From NCBI GenBank assembly GCA_037305845.1, contig CP147778.1, positions 3,360,001 to 3,424,000 of the forward strand: 64,000 nt of DNA, written 5' to 3'. Below, piece by piece: positions 52,002 through 62,404 of the stretch. Within the stretch, counting starts at the first letter, position 1. Each line of letters starts with the position of its first letter. The notes beneath the pieces were generated by a model that was given only the letters and a program-made list of their open reading frames with translations, did no database searches and was not told where the DNA came from. Position numbers and translations under genes: made by a program. Source of the DNA: Candidatus Freyarchaeum deiterrae (GTDB lineage Archaea > Asgardarchaeota > Jordiarchaeia > Jordiarchaeales > Jordiarchaeaceae).

Positions 52002-52853
52002 ATGAAAGAAGAGGAAGTAAAGAAAGTCGTAAGAAAAAGCTACGCCAAAGTAGCCAAACAAGACAACTCTCGCCATGCTCCTACGAGTTCAAGCTCCTGC
52101 TGTGGAGGAAGCGGAAGTACTGATGATGCTGTTTCTGATTTTAGTAAACAGATAGGTTACACTGACGCAGAACTCAAATCGGTTCCAAAGGGAGCGAACT
52201 TAGGTCTCGGTTGCGGAAACCCTGTCGCACTCGCCTCCTTGAAAGAGGGCGAAACTGTCCTAGACCTTGGATCCGGTGCTGGCTTCGACAGTTTCCTCGC
52301 AGCGAATAAAGTCGGTGAGAAGGGAAAAGTTATCGGCGTGGACATGACACCAGAGATGCTTGAAAAAGCAAGAGAAAACGCTAGGAAAGCAAACTACACA
52401 AACGTAGAGTTCCGACTAGGCGAGATAGAGAATCTGCCAGCTGCAGACAACTCCGTTGACGTCATTATTTCAAACTGCGTAATCAACCTAGCACCAGACA
52501 AAGCAAGAGTTTTCGGAGAAGCATTCAGAGTACTTAGACCCGGAGGAAGGCTGATGGTCTCAGACATGGTGCTACTGAAAAACCTGCCAGACGAGATTAA
52601 GAATAGTATCGAAGCGTACACTTGCTGCATTGCCGGCGCAATCCTGAAGAACGACTACATAGAACTCATCAAAGATGCGGGATTTAAGGACGTTAAAATC
52701 ATGGATGAAACCGTTTTAACACCAGACGCAGTAGCTTGCAATCCATCAGGAGAAGAGACGTTTAAAATACCAAACACCTCCTCCCAAGAGGAATTAGAAG
52801 AAGCCGCCGTTTCCGTCAGCAGTATAAAAGTTAAAGGAGTAAAACCCAAATAG
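52002..52853 (+). CDS. arsM: Arsenite S-adenosylmethyltransferase
   Basis: [36 protein letters not shown]. Confidence 0.95.
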   Translation: MKEEEVKKVVRKSYAKVAKQDNSRHAPTSSSSCCGGSGSTDDAVSDFSKQIGYTDAELKSVPKGANLGLGCGNPVALASLKEGETVLDLGSGAGFDSFLAANKVGEKGKVIGVDMTPEMLEKARENARKANYTNVEFRLGEIENLPAADNSVDVIISNCVINLAPDKARVFGEAFRVLRPGGRLMVSDMVLLKNLPDEIKNSIEAYTCCIAGAILKNDYIELIKDAGFKDVKIMDETVLTPDAVACNPSGEETFKIPNTSSQEELEEAAVSVSSIKVKGVKPK

Positions 52854-53075
52854 AAAATAGTTTCTGGGGCCAATGTAAGGCAAATATTATGTCACCCATT
52901 CATAAAATGGAACTTTTTTTCTTTTCTTCATTTTTTCATTAGATACTTTTCTGAAGAGCCAGACAAGGTCTTACTTTTTTTCAAAGATTTCTAGCCGTTA
53001 GACTAGTGTTTGTTCAATTGCCCTTAAATATCCTTGCAAAAAGGAAAAAAATTTTTATTTTAAAAAAGGATGATT

Positions 53076-53693
53076 TTAGGCGATGTCTTTTTCTTTTAGT
53101 ATCTGCTTGCAGTTTGGACAGTATTTCTTCTCTTTTTTCCCTTTCGGCAGGTGGTTTCTGTGGCTCAGGGCTCCGCAGTAGGGGCACTTAACATGCAGGT
53201 CACCTAGAACAATGTCCTTGTTGCACACTGAGCACCGTGCTCTGGTCTCTCCGCAGTGTGGGCAGTATTCCGCGTTTTCGGGAATCTCGGAGCCGCAGAA
53301 CAAGCACTCTAATTTTGTCTTTATGTAACCAGAACCCTTGCTTATTGTTCTCGCGATATCTGTTGCGAGAGGTCTATACCTCTTAAAATGTTTATACCCG
53401 AAGTAAACCCGCAGACCGAGCAGAAAGTAAATCATAATAAAAATAGTACCTCCCAGAACAATCAGAACAGTAGCCAAGTTATCCGGTTGCATAGCCATGT
53501 AACCGAAAATAACTAGGGATTGAACAAAGGCATCTGGTCCAAATAAACTGCCAATGTATGGCGTAGCCACTTCAATAATACCAGTGTTAAACGAAAATTG
53601 TAGGCGTATGATAAAGATTATAGGAAATGCTACAGAAAGAAGAATGATTGCCATACCTACTACTCTTATGACTATCTTCTCTCTATCCTCCAT
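53076..53693 (-). CDS. Membrane protein with zinc ribbon and RING-type finger (Trp lost)
   Basis: TM segments; CLFC..CPHC; CSVC-x12-CPYC-x4-H-x2-H-x10-CPNC. Confidence 0.75.
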   Translation of the reverse strand: MEDREKIVIRVVGMAIILLSVAFPIIFIIRLQFSFNTGIIEVATPYIGSLFGPDAFVQSLVIFGYMAMQPDNLATVLIVLGGTIFIMIYFLLGLRVYFGYKHFKRYRPLATDIARTISKGSGYIKTKLECLFCGSEIPENAEYCPHCGETRARCSVCNKDIVLGDLHVKCPYCGALSHRNHLPKGKKEKKYCPNCKQILKEKDIA

Positions 53694-53987
53694 GTTTGCT
53701 CCCCGCTTTTGCAGCTTGGCTAATATTTGGTTAGGTTAACGTTATTAGCAATCCTCACGTTTTTCAACACTTTTTATAAGTATGTTATATTTTTTGTAAT
53801 CGATATTCAGTTTAAATGAAAGTATTTAGAAACTTATTAATAATTTTAATGTTTGAGGAAATATATCCGGCTTGGGTCTTATTCCAGATACTACCAGCTG
53901 TCAGCTAGAGTAATGTGTTTAATCCATTTACTTAAAAAAATTAAAATAAGGGAGAAAAAATTTTGTTCGTTTAAAGAAGAGGAAGTT

Positions 53988-55961
53988 CTAAGCGAGGTCT
54001 TCTTCTTTTAGTCTTTGCCTGCAGTTTGGGCAGTATCCCTTCACTTTTATCCACTCGAGTAGGTGGTCTCTGTGGCTCAAGGCTCCGCAGTAGGGACATT
54101 TAGTATACTGTTCCCCTGAAACGATGTCCATCTGGCACACCGGGCACTTGAGTCTGACTCCCCCGCAGTTGGGGCAGTGCTTCGCGTCCCCCGAAATCTC
54201 GGAGCCGCAGAACAGGCAACACCTCTTCCCGAGAGCGGGAGCGCATGAATCCAACCGACCCAGCTTCTTATCAATGGAAGCCAGCTTGGCGCTGTACTTG
54301 GTGTAAATCTCCGTGTACTCCCCGTGGGTAAGCTTTCCAGCATTAAAACGGGCGTTCGCCTCATCCATGAGGTCTCTGAGAGCCGCCCTCCGCGCCTCAA
54401 GTTCCCCCACCCGAACCTTGGTCTTGGGGAGCTTAACGCGCTTGGAAAAAATTAACGGCTGCGTTTCATAGTGAGGCATCGCCCCCCTAACCTCGGGCAC
54501 CCCCTCCTGCTCAGGGGCCTCCTCTCCAACTCTCCCAGAAGCAGCCGCCCGCTCATACGTGGTTGGACGCCGGGGAGCAGTTCCCCCATATCTGGTTCGG
54601 GCTTCCACCTCAGGAACCCGTTCTTCCCTACTGAGGTACTTCCTCCACTCATAAATGGCGTAGGCTGAGCCTGCCAATACGATCGTAAGCAATAAAACGG
54701 TTCCCCGACTAACTAAAGAATTTTGTGAATTCTGCAGAGAGTTGTAAAAGTTATACAACAGAAAAATAAACAAAGCTAGACCGTTTATAATGACTGTGTT
54801 ATTCTCAAGAGTGTTATTGTATGAATTAGAATCTATGGCGAAGCCGCTGACACAGAACCAGAAGTCTAAGGTCAAAGTGTTATCAGTAATCGTATTATAG
54901 GAGCTATAGTATAATCTGATGCCTATGCTGTTGTTGTTTGCGGTGTTACCAGAAAGAGTGTTGTACGAACTATTGTACAGTTGGAAGCCTAGCGAGTATA
55001 TGGCCGAAGTATACTCGCCGTTGTTGTTTGCGGTGTTACCCGAAAGGGTGCTGTATGAACTATCCCGCAGGTAGAAGTCAACGATACTGTGATTTGCAGT
55101 ATTGCCCGAAAGATTATTATTATTCGAGCTGGATCCTAGAAAGAAGCCTCCATTGACGTTGTTTGTGGCATTGTTTCCAGTAAGAGTATTATTGCTCGAA
55201 TTATATAGGTAGAAGCCAGCAATGGGGTTATTTGTTGCGGTGTTACCAGAAAGAGTGTTTAATGTGCTTTGGTCCATTAGGAAGCCGTTATTGTTGCTGT
55301 TTAGAGTGTTATTTGTAAAATTATTGTTAAAGCTATTAAACAGGCATAAGCCTTCGCGCCAGTTGTTGTTTGCGATGTTGTTTGAAAGATTGTTGTACGA
55401 GCAGCTGTCTAGGTAGAAACCGTAGTTGCCGTTGTTGTTTACAGTGTTTCCCGAAAGAGTGTTGTACGTGCCATTGTAAATGTAAAAGCCGTTGAACCTA
55501 TTCCAGACGGGGAAAGGTGTGCCGTTGTTGTTTGCGGTATTATTTGTAAGATTGTTGTTCGAGCAATTGTACAGGAAGAAGCCGCAGTCCCACCCTGTGA
55601 CTGTGACGTTAAAGATGGTTACATTTCTTCTGCCATTCAAAGAAAAGCCGTACCCACAATATAAAGTTCCAGGGCCTTGCACAGTGTATCCATTTCCGTC
55701 TATAACTATGTTGTCCGCTACTACATTTATTGTTTCAGAATAGTTTTGACTAAATGTAGTGTTTCCGTTGATGTCTAACTTTGGTCGAATGACCGTATTG
55801 GGATTCTGGGAGAAGCCCTGGATGTATGCGTTGATGAACGGGGCTGAGTTTTGGTTTTGGTTCTGGATTGAGGTGACCGCTGCGGTTGTTGTTGCTGTGA
55901 GGAGAATGGCTGCTATGATTAGTATTTTTAGGGTTTTCTTCCTTATCTTTACGCCTTTCAT
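53988..55961 (-). CDS. Receptor-like protein: NosD/parallel beta-helix ectodomain, TM, coiled coil, zinc ribbon, RING-type finger
   Basis: Signal peptide, many GFxL..S..NxL.GNxA.NN repeats, TM helix, CPVC-x12-CPYC-x4-HRDH-LLEW...CPNC. Confidence 0.85.
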   Translation of the reverse strand: MKGVKIRKKTLKILIIAAILLTATTTAAVTSIQNQNQNSAPFINAYIQGFSQNPNTVIRPKLDINGNTTFSQNYSETINVVADNIVIDGNGYTVQGPGTLYCGYGFSLNGRRNVTIFNVTVTGWDCGFFLYNCSNNNLTNNTANNNGTPFPVWNRFNGFYIYNGTYNTLSGNTVNNNGNYGFYLDSCSYNNLSNNIANNNWREGLCLFNSFNNNFTNNTLNSNNNGFLMDQSTLNTLSGNTATNNPIAGFYLYNSSNNTLTGNNATNNVNGGFFLGSSSNNNNLSGNTANHSIVDFYLRDSSYSTLSGNTANNNGEYTSAIYSLGFQLYNSSYNTLSGNTANNNSIGIRLYYSSYNTITDNTLTLDFWFCVSGFAIDSNSYNNTLENNTVIINGLALFIFLLYNFYNSLQNSQNSLVSRGTVLLLTIVLAGSAYAIYEWRKYLSREERVPEVEARTRYGGTAPRRPTTYERAAASGRVGEEAPEQEGVPEVRGAMPHYETQPLIFSKRVKLPKTKVRVGELEARRAALRDLMDEANARFNAGKLTHGEYTEIYTKYSAKLASIDKKLGRLDSCAPALGKRCCLFCGSEISGDAKHCPNCGGVRLKCPVCQMDIVSGEQYTKCPYCGALSHRDHLLEWIKVKGYCPNCRQRLKEEDLA

Positions 55962-56326
55962 GTTTTGCCCCCTTCTCTCATAGCGCGGTTAATATTTCGG
56001 CTCGGTTTGCGTTATTACTCATCAAGAGTGCTTCAACGTTTCTTATAAATGTGCTTTATGTTTTTGTGATTAATGTTAGTATTAATTGAAAATGATTTGG
56101 AACTTATTAATAACTTTAGTGTTTGAGGAAAGAGAGCCAGCGGAGTCTTATTTTATTTTGAGAAATTTCCAGTGTCAATGTAATGCATTAGAATTTAACA
56201 TAACTCAAGAAGCATAACTATTTTTTCTAGGTTTTAGTGATTGGTTCAGAAATTTAAATTAAATGAGAAATCCATTAAGATGAGTGATGAATAAAAAAAG
56301 AATAGTGGTTAAGAGGTGTTTCGGTA

Positions 56327-57067
56327 TTGGAGTTTTCGATTGCTCATGTTTCTGATTTTCATGTGGGTTCACCTGAGTTTATGCCCGAAAAGATTGTAAC
56401 CTGTATTGATGAAGTGAACGATTTATCCCCGGATTTAGTCGCTTTAACTGGGGATCTTACTATGTCTGGTTTTGAGAGAGAGTATAAGAAGGCTAAGGAG
56501 TACGTCGATGAGTTCAAAGCCAAGACCATTGTGATTCCCGGAAACCATGATGTCAGAGAAACTGGTTACACTTATTATGAGGAGTATTTTGGAGAAGCAA
56601 ACCAATTCGTGGACTTGGGTCCGGTAACTGTAATAGGAGTGGACAGCACTCTTCCAGACAATGATGAGGGCTGGCTGGGAAGGGAAAGAATCCAGTGGCT
56701 TAACGAGAATTTGGGGAAGGTGAAAGAGAAGGAGTTCCGAGTGGTCTTGGTCCATCACCATCTGATTCCGGTTCCGGGAACAGGCATGGAGAGAAACGAG
56801 TTAATAGACGCTGGGGATGTTTTATCCAGTCTGATTGCAAACAAAGTAAACCTTGCACTCTGCGGTCACAGGCATGTGCCCTACACTTGGAAATTGGAGA
56901 ACCTGATGGTGGTAACCTCGGGAACCGCCTGCACTGGATACGTGAGAGCCAGAGTACCGCAAGCCTATTTTATAATAAGCGTGAAGGAAAAATCCATGAA
57001 AATCTCCCTAAAGGAAGTAGGTGGCAAAGAAACAGTAGTGAGAAAAGTTCAATACAAGGAGGCCTAA
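56327..57067 (+). CDS. Calcineurin-like metallophosphoesterase (CpdA/Icc-like)
   Basis: SDFH, TGDLT, PGNHD, HHH, GHRH. Confidence 0.9.
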   Translation: MEFSIAHVSDFHVGSPEFMPEKIVTCIDEVNDLSPDLVALTGDLTMSGFEREYKKAKEYVDEFKAKTIVIPGNHDVRETGYTYYEEYFGEANQFVDLGPVTVIGVDSTLPDNDEGWLGRERIQWLNENLGKVKEKEFRVVLVHHHLIPVPGTGMERNELIDAGDVLSSLIANKVNLALCGHRHVPYTWKLENLMVVTSGTACTGYVRARVPQAYFIISVKEKSMKISLKEVGGKETVVRKVQYKEA

Positions 57068-57169
57068 GCGCTACAAGGAAGCAATGAATGCATATTTGAA
57101 AAAAATTGTTTGTAAAAATTTTTATTGTTACCTGCAGGTTTTCGTTTCCTCTGATCTCGTAGCCCTATT

Positions 57170-58006
57170 CTATCCAATTTTTAGGCATCTCATCGAAATT
57201 GAAGCGTAGTGGAATCCTTCATACGTGAATGTTAGCGGTTCATCCTTCTCCTGCAAAGCGATCACATATATCAACGGTAAATAGTGGTCAAGCGTTGGCA
57301 CCGCCATGTGAGCACTTCTACCCATGCTATTATAATTAATTAACTTCTCATGATTTCCGTCGATTAGATTCCTTTTCACTTTTTCATCGAACTCGACCGC
57401 CCAGTCATAAGGCGCCGCATCTATGTTCCGGAAATCAATTATTCCTAGGTTATGCACAATGTTGCCGCTCCCAATGATTAGAACCCCTCTTTCCCTCAGC
57501 TCAGCAAGCTCTTTTCCAATGTTGTAATAGTACTGTAAGGGCCTTGGGTGCCATTCATTGAAAGAGTAGTTGAGGCTCATCTCGAAAACCGGGATATCCG
57601 CTTTGGGATACATGTGGTGTAGGACAGTCCAGGAAGCGTGATCCAGCCCCCAATCGCTGTTACATTTAACCTGCACTGTTTTAACTGATTTCTCAAGAGG
57701 TTTGGCATACTGGGGCGCGCCGGGACTCGGGTACTTCATTTCGTATAATTCTTCTGGGAATCCGCCGAAGTCATGAATCGTCCTGGGCTTCTCCATGCAG
57801 GTAACATAGGTTCCATCAGTTAACCAGTGAGCGGAGACAACCATTATCGCTTCAGGCTGCGGCAGGCTCTTTCCCAGATTTCTCAAAGATTCAGTGAAAT
57901 CATTCTCCAAAATTACATTCATAGGTGAGCCGTGACCGATAAATAATGCAGGCATCCTTTCTGTTCTTGGAGATTTGTTTACATTCTTCCCCATCTTGTG
58001 AGTCAT
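57170..58006 (-). CDS. ygiD: Extradiol dioxygenase, LigB/YgiD (4,5-DOPA dioxygenase) family
   Basis: FIGHGSPMN, SAHW, IHDFGGFP, GLDHASW, GSGNIVHNL, PTLDHYLPL. Confidence 0.92.
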   Translation of the reverse strand: MTHKMGKNVNKSPRTERMPALFIGHGSPMNVILENDFTESLRNLGKSLPQPEAIMVVSAHWLTDGTYVTCMEKPRTIHDFGGFPEELYEMKYPSPGAPQYAKPLEKSVKTVQVKCNSDWGLDHASWTVLHHMYPKADIPVFEMSLNYSFNEWHPRPLQYYYNIGKELAELRERGVLIIGSGNIVHNLGIIDFRNIDAAPYDWAVEFDEKVKRNLIDGNHEKLINYNSMGRSAHMAVPTLDHYLPLIYVIALQEKDEPLTFTYEGFHYASISMRCLKIG

Positions 58007-58278
58007 TTCATCTCACCCTGCAGACCATAACATGGTACTTGCACACTTATGGAAATCCTAAACAAGTCAAGAACTCGATATTACTAATAATCACTTTTTA
58101 TTAGTTTTTAACTCTAACCCGATTTTTCACAGTAGCCTTTTTCCGTCGTTAGTAAATTATTATATTCATTTTTGGTATGTGATCCCGTTTTAGAAAAATA
58201 TTTAAGAGATAAAATAGGATAAGATAAAAAAAGAGCCTCTTATGAGAATGATGAGAATGGAAAATAGGAGGAGCTGAT

Positions 58279-58704
58279 TTGCCTCATAGACCTTCGGGAG
58301 TGACAGTTCTAGGCACTTTTATGATTATTTTAGGAGTTATCACCATTATTTGTGAATTTCTTTTTGTGTGGCCGGGTTTGCCTTATATACCCGTTATTAT
58401 TTATGAAATTCCTGTTTTAGTGGGGGAGAATTTACAATCCAATATTCCGATATTTATTCTCGGTAGTACGCTTTTGGCCGGTGCAGTGGGTCTGCTCAGC
58501 ATGACTGGTTGGGGCTACTATCTAGCTTTGACTTCTTCAATTATTCTGATTGCAGACTCTGCCATTTCATTCTTACTCTTTATCGCATCACATTTCTTGA
58601 TCCCTATACTTAGCATAATATTTCCATGTGGCCTGATTCTTGGAATAGTAACTCTCGCTTACCTTCTCAGTAAAGCAAAGTACGAGTACCCCATAGAATC
58701 CTAA
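58279..58704 (+). CDS. Four-TM 'RPSGV' membrane protein (RING-less paralog of 58922)
   Basis: RPSGVT...GLLSM..WGYY...YL...KYEYPI, stopping where the paralog continues. Confidence 0.75.
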   Translation: MPHRPSGVTVLGTFMIILGVITIICEFLFVWPGLPYIPVIIYEIPVLVGENLQSNIPIFILGSTLLAGAVGLLSMTGWGYYLALTSSIILIADSAISFLLFIASHFLIPILSIIFPCGLILGIVTLAYLLSKAKYEYPIES

Positions 58705-58921
58705 TTAGCAGGTACTCAAAATAGTTTCTTTAATTTGTTACTGATTAGCAGGGTTTCTGAAAGATTTCTGTTTGTGTTACAGCGTTTCCCTCTTTCGGTG
58801 TAAGTATTGACCTTTTATTTTTTGTGTATTTAATGCCTTTTTAGAAAATTATTTAAGAGATAAAATAAAATAAGAAGGAAGAAAGAACCCTCTTATGAGG
58901 ATGAATATGGGAGGAATGGAT

Positions 58922-59659
58922 TTGAGTTATAGACCTTCCGGAGTAGTAGTTATAGGGGTTTTCATGATTATTTTCGCAGTTTTAAACATTTTTTGGGCAA
59001 TTTTAATGATGCCTTTATCGGGTACAAGTTTGATTACGCTTTTTTCACCATTTACTTTAGGGGGATTATTGTCCTTTGGTTTGATGCTTACTACTAGTGT
59101 GATGCTCGTGGTTGGTGCGACTGGTCTGTTAAGCATGGCGCGTTGGGGCTACTATACCGGTTTAGCTGCTTCAATTGTTCTGATTGTATCCGCTGTTTTC
59201 TCTTTCTTTGTTGGGTTCGGATTCTTCTTAATTTCTATTGGTGGCTTAATTCTCGGAATAATAACTCTTACCTATCTCCTTACTGATGTAAAGTACGAGT
59301 ACCCAATAGACTTAAGGAGGGAGTACCCTGCAAGGTATGAATACCCCGAAAGGAGGAGGACGATGCCTGCCGCCAAGATTGTCAGCGTGCCAGAACCCAT
59401 TCCCGTCGCCATAAAGCCAAAACCAGATTGCCTGTACTGCGGCACCGAGATCCCCGAGGACGCCGAATTCTGCCCCCACTGCGGAGAGGCCAGGGTGAGA
59501 TGCCCAGTATGCAGCAAGGACATCGTTTCAGGAGACCGATTTGTAAAGTGCCCCTACTGCGGAGCCCTGAACCACAGAGAACACCTGCTAGAATGGATAA
59601 AGGTGAAAGGATACTGCCCAAATTGTAAGCGGAAATTAAAAGAAACAGACATCGCTTAA
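58922..59659 (+). CDS. Four-TM 'RPSGV' membrane protein with zinc ribbon and RING-type finger
   Basis: CLYC..CPHC; CPVC-x12-CPYC-x4-HREH-LLEWIKVKGY-CPNC; start TTG 58922 or ATG 58895. Confidence 0.85.
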   Translation: MSYRPSGVVVIGVFMIIFAVLNIFWAILMMPLSGTSLITLFSPFTLGGLLSFGLMLTTSVMLVVGATGLLSMARWGYYTGLAASIVLIVSAVFSFFVGFGFFLISIGGLILGIITLTYLLTDVKYEYPIDLRREYPARYEYPERRRTMPAAKIVSVPEPIPVAIKPKPDCLYCGTEIPEDAEFCPHCGEARVRCPVCSKDIVSGDRFVKCPYCGALNHREHLLEWIKVKGYCPNCKRKLKETDIA

Positions 59660-59931
59660 AATCCCTTTCTATAACGAACAATTTTTTTCTCTGTTTGGGT
59701 TTTTAAAGGAAATCAATCAAACATATCACTCTAGTCCAACGGCTGGAAATATCCCAAAAATAAGATAAAACTCTAGCTGTATATATGAAACTAATCAGCG
59801 GTTTCTCCAAAATAATTTCTTAAATTAGGTTTCATTTTCTAAACCTTTTCTCACCTGTTTTGCCACTAATGAAATATTTTTATACTTAACAAAACTTAGC
59901 AAGGATAAAGAAATGTTGGGTGAGGATATAG

Positions 59932-60369
59932 ATGACTTCTAGACCGGGTGGTGTCACTGCATTAGCTGTGGTCTTATTCATTATTGGTGTGCTTTTGTTT
60001 AGCTTAGCGACATACATGGGGTTTTCGCTTGCCCTTTCAACGATTCTAACGGAGAATATACAAGCTATTGCACCCTTTTTATTTGGTGTGTTTTACATAC
60101 CATCAGGGCTTCCAGCAAACATTTTTTTTCTCTATGTTTATACATTTTTATATGTTGAATTTCAATTGAATTTTGGTGTCTATCAAATGCAGACTGTGGG
60201 AATAGATATTGTGGCGATGATATATGTCTTTGCGGCTATAGGTTTATTCCGAATGAAGAGGTGGGGACGTTACCTTGCATTGATATTTGGAGTTGTTATG
60301 ATTCCTGCATTATTCGGAATAGTGGTAGTAGTTTACCTTATGGGCAGTGTAAAATACGATTTCGAATAG
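59932..60369 (+). CDS. 'RPGGV' membrane protein (RING-less paralog)
   Basis: SRPGGVT...GLFRMKRWG...YL..SVKYDFE. Confidence 0.75.
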   Translation: MTSRPGGVTALAVVLFIIGVLLFSLATYMGFSLALSTILTENIQAIAPFLFGVFYIPSGLPANIFFLYVYTFLYVEFQLNFGVYQMQTVGIDIVAMIYVFAAIGLFRMKRWGRYLALIFGVVMIPALFGIVVVVYLMGSVKYDFE

Positions 60370-60564
60370 CTTAAGGCACCACCCCTTATTTTTTCCGAAC
60401 GTTTTGAAGAATTTCGTACTACGCTTTTTACTGGCGATGGTCACTTAAAAGTTGTAAATCGCCCTCAACAATAAACCGTATGCCAATTGGCATGTTCTAT
60501 GTATACTATTCATTGAATCAAAATAGAATTTCTCCTAACTTGGGTGTGTTTTGCTTTCTTTGAT

Positions 60565-61467
60565 TTATTTTTTTGTTGCTTTGAATCCCTTTGGGGTTTC
60601 TTCTACCATTTCTTTCGCGTTGAGTCTTTCCAGTTGTTTTCGCATGGATATTCTTTCCATAAGTTTGAAAGCCTCAACTGGTTCTGGAAACTTTCTGTAT
60701 ATTATCGCCTGGTTCACAATATCTTCAAGAGTGTGCTCCTCTTTTAGAAATTTTAACAGCTTTTCCTCTCTCTGATATATGATGTTCAGGTACCAGTCGA
60801 GTTTACTTCTTATAGCGTCTTCTCCTCGGAAAATGTCTCCCTTATGGCTTGTGACCGCTGTTTCAAACTTCATTTTTTTAAGCTTCTCAATTGATGCTAT
60901 GAAATCGTCTACGTTGCAGTCTAGAGCCCCGTACCATGGGCCGAAGGAGGTTAAATCAATGTCCGAAAGGAAAATTAGTTTCTCCTCGGGTATCAGGAAG
61001 CAGCAGTGTCCGTAGGAGTGCCCTGGAGTGTGAATGACCTTAAGCCTGTTTTCACCCAGGTCGAAGATGTACCCGTCCTCAAATTCAAAGTCTACTCTAT
61101 CGTTGCGAATGTGAAGAACATCGTAAACGATGTAGTCTTGATACGCCTCTACACTCGAACCCTTAACACCGTATATTTCTTTTAATAGTTCGATGTTTCT
61201 TATAGCGGGAGCTTCCAGTTTATGGGCACAAATCTTACTTTCCTCAAAGTAACGGTTGCCGGCTACGTGATCCTCGTGACTATGAGAATTAATGACTAGG
61301 TTTATTTTGTACTCCTTGGCGGTTCTTTCGGCTAGGTTGGACTCAATGCCGGTGTCGATTAACGCTTTCACTTCGTCGTTGATAAGAAGAGAATTGGAGT
61401 AAGGGTACTTGCCCTTGGACTCCGCTTGTATAAAAATAATGTTGTCATTTAGAGGAATGTAAGACAA
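60565..61467 (-). CDS. Metallo-beta-lactamase fold hydrolase
   Basis: SHSHEDH, HTPGHS.GH, SDIDL..FGPWYG, SH. Confidence 0.9.
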   Translation of the reverse strand: MSYIPLNDNIIFIQAESKGKYPYSNSLLINDEVKALIDTGIESNLAERTAKEYKINLVINSHSHEDHVAGNRYFEESKICAHKLEAPAIRNIELLKEIYGVKGSSVEAYQDYIVYDVLHIRNDRVDFEFEDGYIFDLGENRLKVIHTPGHSYGHCCFLIPEEKLIFLSDIDLTSFGPWYGALDCNVDDFIASIEKLKKMKFETAVTSHKGDIFRGEDAIRSKLDWYLNIIYQREEKLLKFLKEEHTLEDIVNQAIIYRKFPEPVEAFKLMERISMRKQLERLNAKEMVEETPKGFKATKK

Positions 61468-61834
61468 GCCAGTTGTCTCCCTTTAGAGGTTCAGTGGTTT
61501 TCTGGAAATATGGATTGAAACCTAATAAATAATACGCCCAAACAAAAATAGGGTAACGCTGGCTAATTATATGAATCTCTACGATAAATGAAAAATCTTA
61601 CACTTGCTCTCAAAAACTGCCGGAATACTCGGCTTACTTATCAACTCACGAAGTTGCAAGTCTAGCGAAAACTTGTGGATCGGAAATAAGTTAAACTACG
61701 GAGCAGACAAAAAAGACACAAAATATGAAAGTGCGTTTAAACTAATTCAGAGAGGCTGCTTGGAACATCATATATAACGTCTGATGAAAAAAATCCTCGC
61801 GAAATACCTTATGACAAAGGGGACTAAACATGAT

Positions 61835-62404
61835 TTAACCAAATACGTGTGTTGCCTGTGATGTAATTAGGGCGTTCTTCTTTTGGTAATCCCTAATTTT
61901 TGTTTTACACTTTACCATAGAAACAAGGTTACAATCGAGGCCTTTCAACTGCTCACCATCGCATTCGCAAACTTGTTTAAGCAATCTTTTACCCATGTAA
62001 GGGCAGGGCATTTTGGACAGCTCATTAATTATTGAATCGCCTACAGTCGTGTTAATATCCTCGGGATCCACAAAAAACTTTGGAAATAACTCCTTGTTCT
62101 TTTCCACAATATTCATTATGGAATCCTCAACTTTTCCCACAAGCTCCGGCTTCTCCGCGTCTGTTACTAGAACCAGATACCAGTCACTTTTCTTAATGGT
62201 GAAAGGCTTAATGTAAACGTTCATGTCTTTTAGCGAAATATGTCTGGGTGCTTCTCCGGTAACCTCTTTCCAGAACATCTGGGAGGCTGCGAAAACTCCT
62301 GAGACTAGGTCTGGATCCGCTTCAATGGAGCCCAGTTTTACGCTTATTGGGCAGAGTCCGTTGCTGTTTATTATGTATATGTTGTGTATGACCATCTCAC
62401 TCAT
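61835..62404 (-). CDS. Longin-like domain protein with Cys-rich C-terminus
   Basis: IHNIYIINSNGLC...DPDLVSGVFAA...F.KEV pattern; C-terminal CPY...C.C...C....C. Confidence 0.65.
   Translation of the reverse strand: MSEMVIHNIYIINSNGLCPISVKLGSIEADPDLVSGVFAASQMFWKEVTGEAPRHISLKDMNVYIKPFTIKKSDWYLVLVTDAEKPELVGKVEDSIMNIVEKNKELFPKFFVDPEDINTTVGDSIINELSKMPCPYMGKRLLKQVCECDGEQLKGLDCNLVSMVKCKTKIRDYQKKNALITSQATHVFG

Noticed and set aside
54840-55620. AAC-rich repeats as a diversity-generating retroelement target
   Set aside because: Explained by Asn-ladder beta-helix coding; no reverse transcriptase or template repeat in the window.
60432-60500. Fluoride-riboswitch-like GGCGATGG...ATCGCC...TAAACCG
   Set aside because: The loop is too long, the 3' conserved segment and pseudoknot partner are missing, and no suitable gene lies downstream.
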